Shown here in pieces: positions 22,281 through 54,340 of a DNA stretch of 64,000 nt. The DNA is taken from assembly GCF_009914755.1 (NCBI RefSeq), contig NC_060932.1. The stretch is one strand, 5' to 3'. The stretch is from the human T2T-CHM13v2.0 reference genome, Homo sapiens. Each line of letters begins with the position of its first letter. The stretch's first letter is position 1. Made by a program: the position numbers and the translations under genes. The notes below the pieces were generated by a model. That model did not search any database. It was not told the origin of the DNA and was given only the letters and a program-made list of their open reading frames with translations.

Positions 22281-23464
22281 TTTTAAAACTAGTCACTTTG
22301 GAGAAGTTCAAGTTTTCCATTAAAAAATAAAAACCAACAGGTGGTAATGACATAGAAACCATGAGGTGAATAAAAGCATATTAACTCTACTGCATACACA
22401 AAGCCACATTACCTAATTTATCTTTCTAAAAATATCAAATTATGATTACTTCCACATCTAGGAAAACTCAACATACACGTTCAAGATTTAAAATCGCTAT
22501 CGCCCATGCAGGGGAAAAATTAGCAAGAAATATATTTAACCTTCAGTGGGAGTAAAAAAGAATAACATGCTATTGCACTACAGAAAAGAATTCAAGGATA
22601 CAATAAAACAAAGCAAGAAGTTTCTCACCACAATCTAATATGAAATACTATATTCTGATGCATTTGAATCTTGCAGAGATCATACAAAAGGAGACCACTT
22701 AGAGTGACAAAATTATAATAACCAAATAAAGGCTTTAATTTATAAAAATGCCTTTCTCAAAGTTCACATGGCAGAGTTGTACGCAAATAGACCGTATTCA
22801 GCAGGTACTCAGTGGGAAAAAAGCATTCAAATTTTTCTGCTATCCTAATCCTCAAAAATCAACACTTAACCTTTCCAAATACCTAAGAAAATATTCTTGA
22901 AGGCCAGGAAAGCATAATGCAGTTTCTCCAGCTTCAAAAGAAATTTGGTTCTCTTGCCCAAATTACAGAAAAGTTAAAACTCAAGAAGTACCAAGGATGA
23001 AGGGTCAAACATAGATTGTCATCACTGATTACTTCTCAGGTTAATACTTTTTGAATGGTTCCAATACTGCAAAAGCAGGAGTGTCAAACTCATTTTTGTT
23101 AATTAAGATAGTTAAGCTAAGAAATTAACAATATAGACAAATCGACATTTTCTAAGTAAGTCATTTTAGAGTTTGCATGTTAATTTAAAACCTAATCACT
23201 GAATCTTACCAAAAAGTGCAACAGAGATGAACTCTAAACAAACAACATTTTGTATAAAATGGCACTTTCTTACAGGATTCAGTATTATTTTTTGTTATTC
23301 ATCGGTAAGGTACTAAGATTTCAAATCACTAAACACTGACAATAAATGTTAGAAAGCTACCTTAAAAATATTGTTCAGAGACCCCTTCTGGCAATAACAA
23401 TTAAAAACTGGTTATTCAGTTTTTATATTCGTTGAACTCGCATGCTTATGAATTCTTCAGGTTC

Positions 23465-26007
<2,543 letters not shown>

Positions 26008-27377
26008 ATTCTTGTGCTTTCTAACTTCACATTTTTAAAAAGCCAAGTTATTCTGTGGGAATTCTACCAAACACCTCAGAAGATGCCACATAAATGTAAG
26101 GTATTATTCATGTTTTATCTTTCCATGCTACACATGGCTAAAACTGAAACAGTATGAATATTAACAATTTTCATTTTCCTAGTCACTTGCTCTAAGTAGC
26201 CCTAAATGTAGATGGAAAAAAGAACCTAGTAATTAAATATTAGAAGGGGGAAAAGTTATCACTGTAGATCAGTTAATGACGATAAAGATCCACATCTAAA
26301 AAAACAAGCTAAGAATACTTTTTCAAAGAGCTTTTTCAAATTCAAAATCTTATCAAAAAAGTTGTGCTTTAGGAGTAACAACACATCCATGTGGTAAAAA
26401 CTGAACATTCTCTAAGTCCACAAAATTTAAAATATACCTTTACCTTCTTTTCATGCTACACAGTGCAGGTACAACATACTACAGAAGTGTTTAAAGTCTT
26501 TATTACATATTTACTAACAGCAACAGTAAAAATGAAAACAAAACTGTAAGCTTTTTAAAAAAAGGTTAGATAATGTTAGTATAAGCAATTTCTTACATTT
26601 GTCCTTGTTAATATAACAATATAAGTATAATTATTTATAACTTATAAATATAATTCATAAAAAGATTGGCCTGCAGAAATAAAGTTCACCATTCATTTAA
26701 AAACTCAAATGCTGGACATGTTTATTAACAAATAAATGAATCATCTTAGTTGCTTTTTCAAAAAATAATAGACTGCTTTTAAAAAAAAAGTAAAACTAAA
26801 AACAGAATTGCATTGAAAAACAGATTTTATGGACAGATGCCAAGTTCTAAGCATTTTTAAAGTTTTAACAATTTTAATTTCTGAAGTATCTACAACAGAC
26901 AAGACTATCTTTTTGTTTTAAAAGATCCCAATGAATAAGTAACCCATTTTCTTCTTGATAGAAAAAAAAAATTAAATAAAGTAAGCAACAGTCCATGCTA
27001 AGATTTTTAACTTGTTTTCAAATAGGGATTTTTAGCTCACTTTAAAATTTTTACCAATGTCTCTATTTTTTTTCCAGGTCCTTTTCTAAGACCATGATGG
27101 ACCTCTAATTTTTTTCGTTTCATCGCTATCTTATTTTATTGATAATTTTATTCAAACAAGAAAAAGTCCACTAAAATCCACTTCATACAAAAACACACAC
27201 CTCAAGATAACTTGGACACAATTCATTTTTGCATGTAAAAATATTTTATGCATATATGTTCACAACATGGTGAATAAAATATGAAAAAATACAAGATCTC
27301 TTGCCTCACTGCAGCTTACTCCCCTTTAACTCTTTCTACTAAATATACTTAACCTTAAGTTTGCCCCCTCACCTTGA

Positions 27378-29904
<2,527 letters not shown>

Positions 29905-32697
29905 CTATTAGTGGATTATGAATATTATTATAAATTCCAGAAACGCTGTCATTAGAATCAGATTTGACAGTTCACTCAACAATCACCAATCTCAAAGACA
30001 GTTTCCTTTATCCAAAACTCATTCAATCTGATCAGTGTAAGAGACGGCATTTGTTAATTTAAGGGTTAGGGAAAAAAAGAAAAAAAAAAGCCAACACAGG
30101 TAACAGGTGGGCTGATGGACATATTAATTGGTTATAAGTGTTATTTAACAAGAGTAGGCTTCTTCGTATATGAATACCTGTCCAAGGAACCAGGATACTT
30201 ATGACAGCTGGGCAGGAACCCTGATCTTTAAAGGATGCTGCATACATAAAAATAAACTTTTTCTTTTTTTTTTTTTTAAGCAATGAAAGCTTCCAACACA
30301 AATTTTTCTATTTAATGATTGCTTATTTTCCTAAAAATTTGCAGCACTGATAGCTCATGCACACAATTTACCAGCTAATTACAAATAACATGTCAATCAA
30401 GTAGGAGATATAAAACTTAAATTGCCATAAAAATAAATTCCAGAAAAAGCATGCTGAATTTTTTTTTTAATGCAACTGTTCCTCACAGAATTTCAAACAA
30501 ATTCAGGCTGAATATTATCAAATTAAAATACTACAAGCTGAGAGGGTGCTTTTAGTGTAAAAGCCAGATTTACAAAGTACCACTTTAACAACATTCAATT
30601 TCATTTTTCTAACAAACCAAGAATATATCCTAAGCTTCTGTATAACAACTGAGAGGATGTTGCCATTTAGGTAGGTTAAATGTAGTTCAACTGGTTTGAG
30701 TCCACCATATTACAATGTTAACAGGCCTTCTTGGTATTAGAGAACAGTTTCAATATCAATGTGATAGGTTAAAGTTTGGATTACTCCAACTGCTATAATA
30801 AAAACAAAAGGTCACACACACATTTAATCCAATATGAAATAAAATAGGCTCTACTTAACACCAATGTATGTTCTGTAAATTTGTCAGGATTTAAACCTTA
30901 GAATAGTAATTATTTCAAATTGTACAAGTAGTTACAGTTGAATATATTAGTTACTGTAGTTTCCTGAGAGTCAACTGAAGTTTCAATCAAAAAACGAACA
31001 AACAAAACAACAACAAAAAAACCCTGGCATCTCAATGAGACTCTAAGAACTGCATGCCTACTTCACAGATCATTGCACTGTGCTGAACTGGCATCTGGAG
31101 ATTGTATTGAGCCAGCTACATGAAGGCAAAGAGAAGAGATGGGGAAAAGAGAGTTTATTTAAAAAAGAAAATACTATTCTTAACACACTCATCACTTAAC
31201 ACGCTCATCACCTATAAGCAAGAGCTATCAGAAATACTATTTAAAAATACATACATTTCTAATTTTTCAACATTCAAAATACAGCAAGCCGATAATCTAC
31301 CACAAGCAGAGCTTCCTACCCCTTTCACCCGGACACAGCGCTTTGCCAAGAGCACAGGCCCAAGTAAAATAACCGATGCAATTTCCTTGTTTACTTAAAG
31401 AATTGCAGAAAACATGTTGACTGCTTCTGAGGCTTCCGAAACAAACGAATTTTCAATACGTAAAAGACTTCACGATCATGTTTGATATGTAAGCGTAGTA
31501 ATGATTCCTTCAGCTAGTAAAAATCTAGTTTTAAATTGATTAAATGGGTTAAATTTACACTGCAGCTCATTAGCATACCTTGTTTGCAACCAGAAGGAAG
31601 AGGGTAAAGAGAGGGAGAAAAGCATCAAAAAGGTAGTGATGGAAAACATCACTACCTCCTTTGGCGGTTATGAATAATTTAAAATGACCCAAGACGTAAG
31701 GGGAAAAGAGTTCATGAATAGAAAGAAAGGGGGCTAACAGTCTGAATTGGCCCCTTCCAGATTCATACTGATGTCGGAGAGGAAAAGGAATTTATTTACA
31801 CTGCAGTGCCTTGGCAGCAAACATGGCTGCCCCTGCCCCCTTTAAATCGAAATAATCTTCACTCCCTCCCCAAAACCATCAAATTATGGCCATGTCTCTC
31901 CCTGCCTCCCTTCCATAACACAAACACATCGCCTTCTCCCTCAAAACAGTAAAACCCACACCTCCCCATTTCACAACAATCACAATCCCATAACCACCAG
32001 CTTCTCTATTCTCTAGCCTTGAAAGAAAGACACAGAATACACACAAATACAGGAACAAAAGGCCTCCCTTCCTAACACTTTAACGACCTCCATCCCCTTC
32101 TCTTCCTCCCACTCTGACGCTAAGTCGATCGTTCTCATCCCTGTCATCATTCAGTTAATTTCCTTCCCTAGCCCAATCCTGTCTTCCAGTTTCCTGCGTC
32201 TATTTCCCATTCTCCTATTGCAGCCTGCCTCATCCCCTTTCCTAATCCACCTTTTCCTTCACTTCCATTCCTCATTTCTCCCTTCATTCCCATAAAATGC
32301 CCCATTTCTCCAGCAAATTTATCCCCTTCTCCCAGACTCTTCTGGTTCCTACACTCCATCCCCAAATCTCCCTATTTATCAGTCCACCCAGGTCTGTAAT
32401 CTCCATGCAACTCTTCTCCCCTTTCCCTGCCCCTCCCCGATCCATCCTTATCCCCGCCCCCATCCCACTTTCCCAATTCCCAGCTCAGCGCCACTCCGAC
32501 TCCCATCCCACTCCCCACCTCCCCTGCCCCACCCCCCAATTCCCTCCACACCCCCCACCTTGCCATCTGCTCCTCCGTCAGGACTCCCCTCGAGCCCTTT
32601 CAGGCCACCCGCTTCCCCTTCCATTCCTCCTGGGGTCTGGCGCTCCATCCCTAGGTCGCCCCCTCCCCGTCGTTCCCTCCTCAGCCCTTCCTAGCAC

Positions 32698-32707
32698 TAC
32701 ACACGCG

Positions 32708-32748
<41 letters not shown>

Positions 32749-32762
32749 ACACGCACACGCAC
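32698..32762. repeat. (CA)n/(CG)n alternating purine-pyrimidine microsatellite
   Basis: acacac gcgcgcgcgcgc acacac... directly next to the NSD3 exon 1 donor. Confidence 0.95.
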
Positions 32763-32767
32763 TTTAC

Positions 32768-33240
32768 CTTCAGTTTGTTCCATTCTAACCCCCCGGCCGT
32801 GTCAGTGCGATCACAGGAGAGACACGGAGGCCCGGAGTGGGGCTGGGGTGCGGGCAGCCGCTGGGGCCGCGCGAGGAGGAGGCGGAACCGAGCTAGGCCG
32901 CATGAAATCCCCGGGCTAGATTTTCCCCGCGCCGGACGCCTCTGCCATGGCGGCCGGCACTGAGGAGGGCCACGGCCGGGCCGGGCCGGGCGTGCTGCGG
33001 GAAGAGGAAGGCTCGGGAGGTGGGATGGGAAGGGGAGGCCGAGGGACGGGGGTCGCCGCGCCGCCGCTGCTGCCAGAGAGGAGCCTGCGGCTGGCAGCCC
33101 GGCCTGGGTAGCACGGTCCTCGGCGCTCGGCTCGGAATTCGCACGCCTCTCCGCGGCGACCTGTGCACAGCCCCCTCGGCCTCCGCCTCCGTGCTGGCCG
33201 CCGCCGCCGCCTCTCCCGCCGCCGCCGCGCACAAAGCCCC
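32768..33240 (-). other. NSD3: NSD3 exon 1 (non-coding 5'UTR; TSS approximate)
   Basis: GC-rich leader ending ...GGTTAGAATGGAACAAACTGAAG|GTAAAG, matching my recollection of the NSD3 mRNA leader; inside a CpG island and head-to-head with LETM2. Confidence 0.8.
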
Positions 33241-33307
33241 CCCACCCCGACTCTCGGGGCGCCGCCGCCGCCAAATCCTCAGCCCCTCATTGGCCGCGGG
33301 CCGCGGC

Positions 33308-33328
33308 GCCTGCCGGGAAATGCAGTCC
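33308..33328 (-). promoter_or_regulatory. ZNF143/THAP11-type SBS motif
   Basis: Minus strand reads GGACTGCATTTCCCGGCAGGC, close to the ACTACANNTCCCA consensus; just upstream of the presumed TSS. Confidence 0.6.
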
Positions 33329-34617
33329 CTGGTTCGGGACGCTGGGGCTCCGGAGGAAGCGGCGAGTCGGCGGGGCGGAGGGGGCGGGAGCGCGAACCAG
33401 GAACGCCCGCGGCAGCTAGCGTCTGGACGACTAGGGAGACCGGGCGAGAGGGCCGAGGAACGAGGGACGGGGAGGGACTGTACGTGGGAGAGTGACACAC
33501 AAAACACCCCGGGAAGCCGGAGGAGGCGTGGAAAGGTGGGGCCCGGGAGGTAAAACTGGGATCGGCGCGTTCAGTGAGGCTGATTAAAGAACAACGCGCA
33601 ACCAGCGCCATACGGCGCTCCTCAGGGTGACTCGGCTCTCTAGCTCTTAAGGGTTAGAAGCGACCCTCGCACGGTCCCCGGTGGGTCACCGCGCGAGGGC
33701 GGGGCAGTCCAGGCGACCCCTCGGCCGTCTCCCGTCCTACGGCTGTCAGGGAAGGGCTCCGGTTCCGGTAGGGTCTGCATTTGGAAAGCCGGGGGCGATG
33801 CAAGACCGCCTTGGCGTCGTCTCCCTCTCAGCCCCGGCTGAGCTGTCGGATGGTCCCCCTCCCCCGGTTGCAAGCAGTAGGAGACCCGGCCGGCGGCGCC
33901 GGCTCGCCGAGGGAGCGCCTCGACCTCCCCGGCAGGCGCCGGCCCCGCGCGCCTCTTCCTGCTCTGCTGCGGCCCGGAGGCTTGTGGGTAACCGGGAGGA
34001 CGACGTCAGCGCCCGCCGCATCCCCGGGTGCCCCCCAGCCGCGGGGGACCGCGACGGCTCCGTGACCGTCACGTGCCGGAGGCCGCGGCTGCTCGCGGCC
34101 AGACCTTCGCATCGAGGGACGTGAGGGACATTTGTCCTAGAGGGCCCAAGATAAGAACGAGAGGAAGAACCGGGAGGCAACTCTCCGTCATCCTCTAGCC
34201 CCCCGCATCCTAGGAAACGTATGGAAAACAATGGAAGGTTAAGTGTGTGCACAGTGATCTGGCCCTGCAGGAGTGTGCCGACCAGGTGATATTTCCTGGG
34301 GCCTGGTGATAAGGATTTGGAAGGTTACAGCACAGAGACGTGAACGTAAAAAGGAAACAGAGGCAGCAAGCAAATGAGGAAACCGATACTCTGTTCTGAG
34401 AATAAAGCCATTTTACCGCTAGACGTCATACTCTGTAGACGTTATAGTGCTGGATGTCTTTGGTACTATTACAAGAAATTAGATATCTCTATCTTTAAAT
34501 ATCACTTAAGGAAATTAAATGATTTCTACAGATCAGTTATTTAAAAGGGCACTAATTATGAACTATTTTTTTTAAACGTAACCCGGTTAATACTAGATAC
34601 TGAGAATTATCAGTATT

Positions 34618-36664
<2,047 letters not shown>

Positions 36665-37229
36665 TAAATAAAAAAAATTTTTAACTCTTTCTTCTGGAGC
36701 CAGATAAAATGGATGGGAAAAGATAACTGGGGAATGAGAATATTTCTAGATGTTTCATTTTCCCAAGATGGCTCAGTTGGCCATCCTAGGAACTGAAGTG
36801 CCCTCAAACCTGCAGTGTCTGTCATTTCACAGCTACTATAACATACATTTTATATGCTGAGATTTCTATACAAATTATTAATCACAAACAACACTTGTTA
36901 AGGGACCATTGAGAAAGCAAATATTTTTAGTAGAATACAGATTTCCATATGAAGATTTCACAGTATTCCAGCCTCTGGAGAGGAAGGGAGAGGAATGCGC
37001 TCCTTCCGATTCCCGCCCTTTCTGCGACACCATCAAATCCTCTCAGCGCCCCTCTGGCAGTTCCGGATTTGCAGGGTCCGAGGGAGAATACATCAAAGTG
37101 ATGTCATTCATGACTCCGAAATGGTTACCATGGCGACTATCAGACATATTAAGCTGTCAGGGAAAGAGCCTGTTTAATCCAGTCTTCAATCACGGGTTTC
37201 CTCGGGCGTTAGCCACTGCCTGCGGAGTG

Positions 37230-38310
37230 TGGACTGGCAGAAAAACGTCACCTTCGGGCCCCCCAGCACCAACGCGCCTTAAACCAAGCCCCACAAAGAA
37301 GTCACTTCGGCGATGTAAACGCGACTTTGCGGCTTCCTGGGCTGCTAAGGTGAAGGACGCCCGCCCTCCCCAGAACTTGAGAGCTTATTGGTTGGCGATG
37401 TCGTCACTCAGAGTGACGTCAGGGGCGAGGAAAGAGGCGGAACCGTAGAGACTTGGCTTCGGGCCCTTCTAGCTTGGGGGTCCCGGGAAGGAGCTGGGAG
37501 GACCTAGGCGGCCGTTCCGCGGAGCCCGGCCGAGGAGGTAGGGGTGGGCAGGCCCAGCCCTCAGGCCGCGACCTGGTGGGCCGCGCTGCCTTTTTTTCCT
37601 CCGGATCCCGCTCGGTCCGCATCCTGCTCCTCTCATCAGAGCATGATCCAGGCTTCTGACAGCTTCCAGTTCCCACCGCGCTCTCCTCCACCCACGACCT
37701 CATCCCCGCCAGTTCCCCAGCACAGCGCGAACTCTGAAGCTCGGCCTCTCCTCCCCCTTCCCCGCACAGCGCGCTCCGTCCTTTTTTCCGTCCCAGGCCC
37801 TGCTTCTTTCTCCTCGGCTTCATTTCCAACAACCCCGATCATCCACGAGGGTCGTCGTTCCCGTGCCTGTCCCACCTCCGCACCAGAAAACCAAAGCATA
37901 TCCCCCAGACCCCGCCGCATGCAGGCCGCGCACACATCAGGCGCGCCGAAGCCGCCGGGCGAGGAAGCCGAGGGCGCGTTTTGCTCCCGTGTGGTGATGG
38001 GCAAAGCCGAGGGAGCCCGGGAGCAGCGGGCGTGGGGCGGCGCCAATGCGAGTGCGAGTGGTGTCCGCCGCCCGGGAGCGCCCGGGCCCGAGCGGATTAA
38101 CCGCCGCCTCAGGTGTCGTCTCCTGCCCGCGAAACACCACCCACCGTTAGTGTGGGTCCACAGGTTTCGAGCCCCTGTTGAAAATGTCAGCTCTGTGGCT
38201 AAGGTTTCTATTCAGGAGAGCTCCTGGAACTCTTTTCCCAACCACAAGAGAGCAAAGCTGCCATTGGGAATGTCAGCTCTTCTGCCGTTCCTCGCGGCCC
38301 TTAGCAGAAA
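37230..38310. promoter_or_regulatory. LETM2: CpG island / LETM2 promoter with CRE, CCAAT and an upstream X-box
   Basis: CpG-rich; TGACGTCA 37414-37421; ATTGG 37387-37391; GTTACCATGGCGAC 37124-37137. Confidence 0.8.
37440..37537 (+). other. LETM2: LETM2 exon 1 (non-coding; start approximate)
   Basis: Donor GAG|GTAGGG at 37537/37538, downstream of the CRE/CCAAT core. Confidence 0.65.
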
Positions 38311-38952
38311 AGCGCCCCTGGATGGAGATGGGTTTTGGTGAAGGTTATTTACAGGTTCAAAGCTCAGTTTGGGCTCTGGAGAATCAGTAGCAAGGGAAAC
38401 AGTTTTACCTCCACTTGAGCGATTAGTAGGTTGCATGTCTACCTTCATCCACTGCTACATAAATTAGATTAGTGGGTACGTCCAATATTCAGGGTTTGGG
38501 ACAACTTGCCTAAATATAGAACAATGCTAACTGAAAAGAAATTCAGAATATTCACTTTCTACCTATATTTTAAGGCTACAGATAGATATGTATTGCTCTA
38601 CTTTTAAGTACTTGGCAATCATTGAAGTTGCATTACTAGATACTATTGACCAGAAATCAAAATGTCTCTGAAGATTGTACCATCTTCATGAGCATCATCA
38701 TCTTAGAGATCATTACCGTTTGTTGGAATCTCAAAGTACCATTCTCAAGTCCAGAGCTACGAAAATATCTGATTGTTGGAAATGAGCTTGAAGGAGGTTT
38801 TGTACCTTAACTATGCAAATGTTCTACCTTTGCAATAGTTAAAAACACTAAAATCCTGATGTCTTTTAATTGATGTATTTTTAAACTACTAAATTGTTTA
38901 CTTACTCCTTTTGCCTAGGTCCCTATGTTAACTACTTGAGACAAAAATAAAT

Positions 38953-38999
38953 ATGGCCTTCTACAGTTATAATTCAGTTCTGGCTATTGCTCGAACAAG
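38953..38999 (+). CDS. LETM2: LETM2 coding exon (exon 2 spans 38919-38999): MAFYSYNSVLAIART(R)
   Basis: Acceptor cctag|38919, ATG at 38953, donor AAG|GTAAGC; phase 2 joins exon 3 in frame. Confidence 0.9.
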
Positions 39000-39034
39000 G
39001 TAAGCATTGGAGTTACCCCCCAATATGAACGTAA

Positions 39035-43394
<4,360 letters not shown>

Positions 43395-43471
43395 GCTGTT
43401 TTATTTTGACCAGATGTACTATCTATTTCTTTAATAATATGTGCTTTATGATAGTGTGTGCTTTGTAATAG

Positions 43472-43981
<510 letters not shown>

Positions 43982-44302
43982 TGAGAAAGAAAATGTGAAA
44001 TTAAAATGAACTATTTGGGAACTCAACTATTTAAATTCAACGTAAACTTCATCTTAAAAATCCCAGAGTAGGAATAATAACTGCTGGTGAGAACCAGTTT
44101 CTTGTCTGCAACCGACTTACTGTACAACTTTAGTCAGTATTCTGAAATTTGTTATATATTTTCCTGTATAACGGTTTTTAAAAAAAACTTTTATTTTAGG
44201 TTCAGGGGTACATGTGCATGTTTGTAGAATAGTTATAATTGTGTTTTTTAATCTTTCCAAGAAGTTGAGGGGCTTCATGTTTCAACTGTTGTTAATATAT
44301 TA

Positions 44303-44970
<668 letters not shown>

Positions 44971-45065
44971 ATGAAACAAGACAGGGTTTTTTTGGTTTTG
45001 TTTTTCATTTTTGTTTTTGGCATGCCCTAAAATAATGAATATTGCATATGCATTTAATTCTATAG

Positions 45066-45212
<147 letters not shown>

Positions 45213-45234
45213 TGATTTTTTAACTTTAATAAAA

Positions 45235-47905
<2,671 letters not shown>

Positions 47906-48145
47906 CAGAAATCCACTGTTACCGCGGTGACTAGTGGAACAGTAGGTATGATTTAGTCAGCCCAACAGACAGTTCAGCAGCCCCTGAGAAGAGGGAGCCT
48001 TCACTGAGTGTGGCAGTCACTGTGCCGGTGAGAAAACAGAGGCAGCTCCTTCCTTCTCCCCGTTCTGTGCCACTCTACTAGACAGCGTTGACAGCATATG
48101 GTAAGAAAGTGTGAACAAAACATTATGAGAAGACAAAAAGTGCAA

Positions 48146-50952
<2,807 letters not shown>

Positions 50953-51149
50953 TATCTCGTGCTAAATAATTATAAAGCCTCCCATTGGGGGAACATTTTG
51001 GATCTATCAAATGCTTATGATTATTGTATTAGTGAGAAAGAAAAAGTAAGGAGACAAGTTCCAAATAGAGGCTTCTTTTTACTTGCTCTGGTCTCACAAA
51101 CCCATTCATCTATGCCTGAGAATCACGTTATTACATGATGTAGGGATGA

Positions 51150-51491
<342 letters not shown>

Positions 51492-51823
51492 TAAATTATG
51501 AACATATAATATTGTAAACATTTAATATTATAAACATTGATAGTAGTTTGCAGAAAAGCCTGTCTTAAAGTAATCAACGTTTTGAAGACATTGATAACTT
51601 CTTGGAGAGAACAGTAGATTTAGAGTCAAACTTCCAAACTCCTGATTTTTCAGCTGATGTAGTTTGACTTCAGATGGATATCTTTTCTTTATACCACGAA
51701 GCCGATTTCCAGATGTCAGACAGAGTCCCATAAATGCTTTGATGTCTCTTTCAAATAGCCTATTGGGAAAGTTAAATTAAGTAGAAAACACATTTTAATT
51801 GGCCTTTTTGTCCCACTGCATAG

Positions 51824-52033
<210 letters not shown>

Positions 52034-52106
52034 TAACCATAGCTCTAGGGAATTAGCAAGGTTTTGGGACATACCTTAGGGTGCCTGTGGGATGAAGTGT
52101 GCAGTA

Positions 52107-52405
<299 letters not shown>

Positions 52406-53450
52406 TAGAAGTGCATTATTTTCTGTTGGGTCTGGTCATGTTGGGTTCTGACAAAATGAGTGGTTTAAACAACCATTACCATGACAACCTGAACCTTGAT
52501 TACTCATTTGAGGAGTTGTCATCCCCTTACCCATTTCTTGAGAAGGCCATCATAAGCAGTTAGTAATTTGGATGTCTTAGCTGGGACTCATCTAAAGCAG
52601 TTAGGACCTGCTGGGAAGGAAACAGCAGCTCAGTAGATTCCTGACAAAGCTCTGCTCCCACACTTCTGCTCTCATACCGGGAAGCTGGTGCCAAAGTCAA
52701 TATTCTGCCGGGCGCATTGGCCTGCCAAGAAGGGGTAGTTGGCTTGGTATGCAAAGCATAATACTGGGAGGAAAAGCAGAGCCTCAACACCTTGTAGAAG
52801 AAAGGCACCCTTGGACTATAACTACTAATTAGGCTTTTTTAAAAAATGGAAGGAATGTTTGACTCAGAATCAGCTGCTTTATAAGCATTCCACCTGGGGG
52901 AGCAGGTTTCCCAGAACTGAGAAAGCATGATCCTTTTGGCCCCATTTAGATTTCAGTTGTTGCTCTTAGAGCTTTGGAATAAACAACACTGGTCCCAGAA
53001 ATACCATTGTTTTGGGTTACGCCAAGCAGAAACTGTGTTATTTACTGAGGGAGTTTTGTGGACCAGTGTGTTAGGGCCATTTCTGGGGGTGTTGGGGGGA
53101 CAGCAGGGGAGAACACTACAGGGACATGCAACAAATGGTACATTGTGAGCTTTTCAAGTGAACTACTTTTTTCTAATGAACCATAAAGCTGCCATGGAAA
53201 AGTATGTATGTCACAACCAGACAAAATGCAGATCAAAAAGGGAAATAATTACTCTGATGACAGAATGTTGGGAAGGAGTTGTGTAAATAGCCCTGATATT
53301 GCTAATTGCTAATACCTGTTGGCAGGATTCCCATTATTTCAACTGCCACCTCCCTACGTCGCCTTTGCAGTAGCAGCCAGTGCAGGGGACAAAGCATCCA
53401 AGCCTCTGATTCTGTTTCCACTGATTTGCTGGAATTTAGGGTTTACGTAA

Positions 53451-53717
<267 letters not shown>

Positions 53718-53787
53718 TAATTTGCCTTATTTCATTGAGCAGTGGGATGCTGAAGGACTAGGTTGATTTTTCACTTTGATTGGGATC

Positions 53788-54340
53788 TCTATCAGTTTTG
53801 TATTGCTGCCTAAGAAATGACCATGAACTTAGTGGCTTAAAACAACACTGGTATATTAGCTCACAGTTGGTAGGTCAGAAGTGCACGCTGTGCTCCTTTG
53901 GAGGCTGTGGGAAACGACCTGCTTCCAAGTTCATTCAGTTTGTTGGCTGAACTTAGTTCCTTGCAGCTGTCGGACTGAGGTCTTTGTTTCCCAGCTGGCT
54001 GTGAGCCCCGGGCTACTCTCAGCATCTAGTGGCCACCTGTATTCCTTGCCTCTTGGCCTCCTTCATCTGCAAGAGAGAACTTCTCATATGCCAGAGCTTC
54101 CTCATGCTTGAAATCTCCAATTTCCCCCGTGTTTGACCTCTAGCCCCAGATTTAAGGTCTCATGTGATTGGTGAGGCCCATCCAAAGAATCTCCCTATCT
54201 TAAGGTCAACCGACTTGGGACTTCAGTTACACCTGTAGAATCCCTTCACACAGCAGCCAGAATACTGCTGAATAACTAGGAGAGGGTGTGGGTATTGCAG
54301 GGACAAGGTGTCTTGGGACCACCTTAGAATTTTGACCTAC
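53788..54340 (-). mobile_element. MLT1 (ERVL-MaLR LTR)
   Basis: tattgctgcctaagaaatgaccatgaacttagtggcttaaaacaacac...ctcatgtgatt...aatctccctatcttaaggtcaac. Confidence 0.8.

Larger units (their letters stand above)
32690..34210. promoter_or_regulatory. NSD3: CpG island / NSD3 promoter
   Basis: Very high GC and CpG density, (GCC)n runs, GC boxes, CCAAT on minus (33289-33293). Confidence 0.9.

Noticed and set aside
32681-34252. Long overlapping Ala/Gly/Pro/Arg-rich ORFs (up to 204 aa) on both strands
   Set aside because: Expected stop-codon scarcity in a CpG island; no recognisable homology. Only the short AUG-initiated uORFs were kept.
36909-38341. 179-aa and 265-aa plus-strand ORFs
   Set aside because: Non-ATG starts, located in the LETM2 promoter and intron-1 CpG island, low complexity, no domain recognised.
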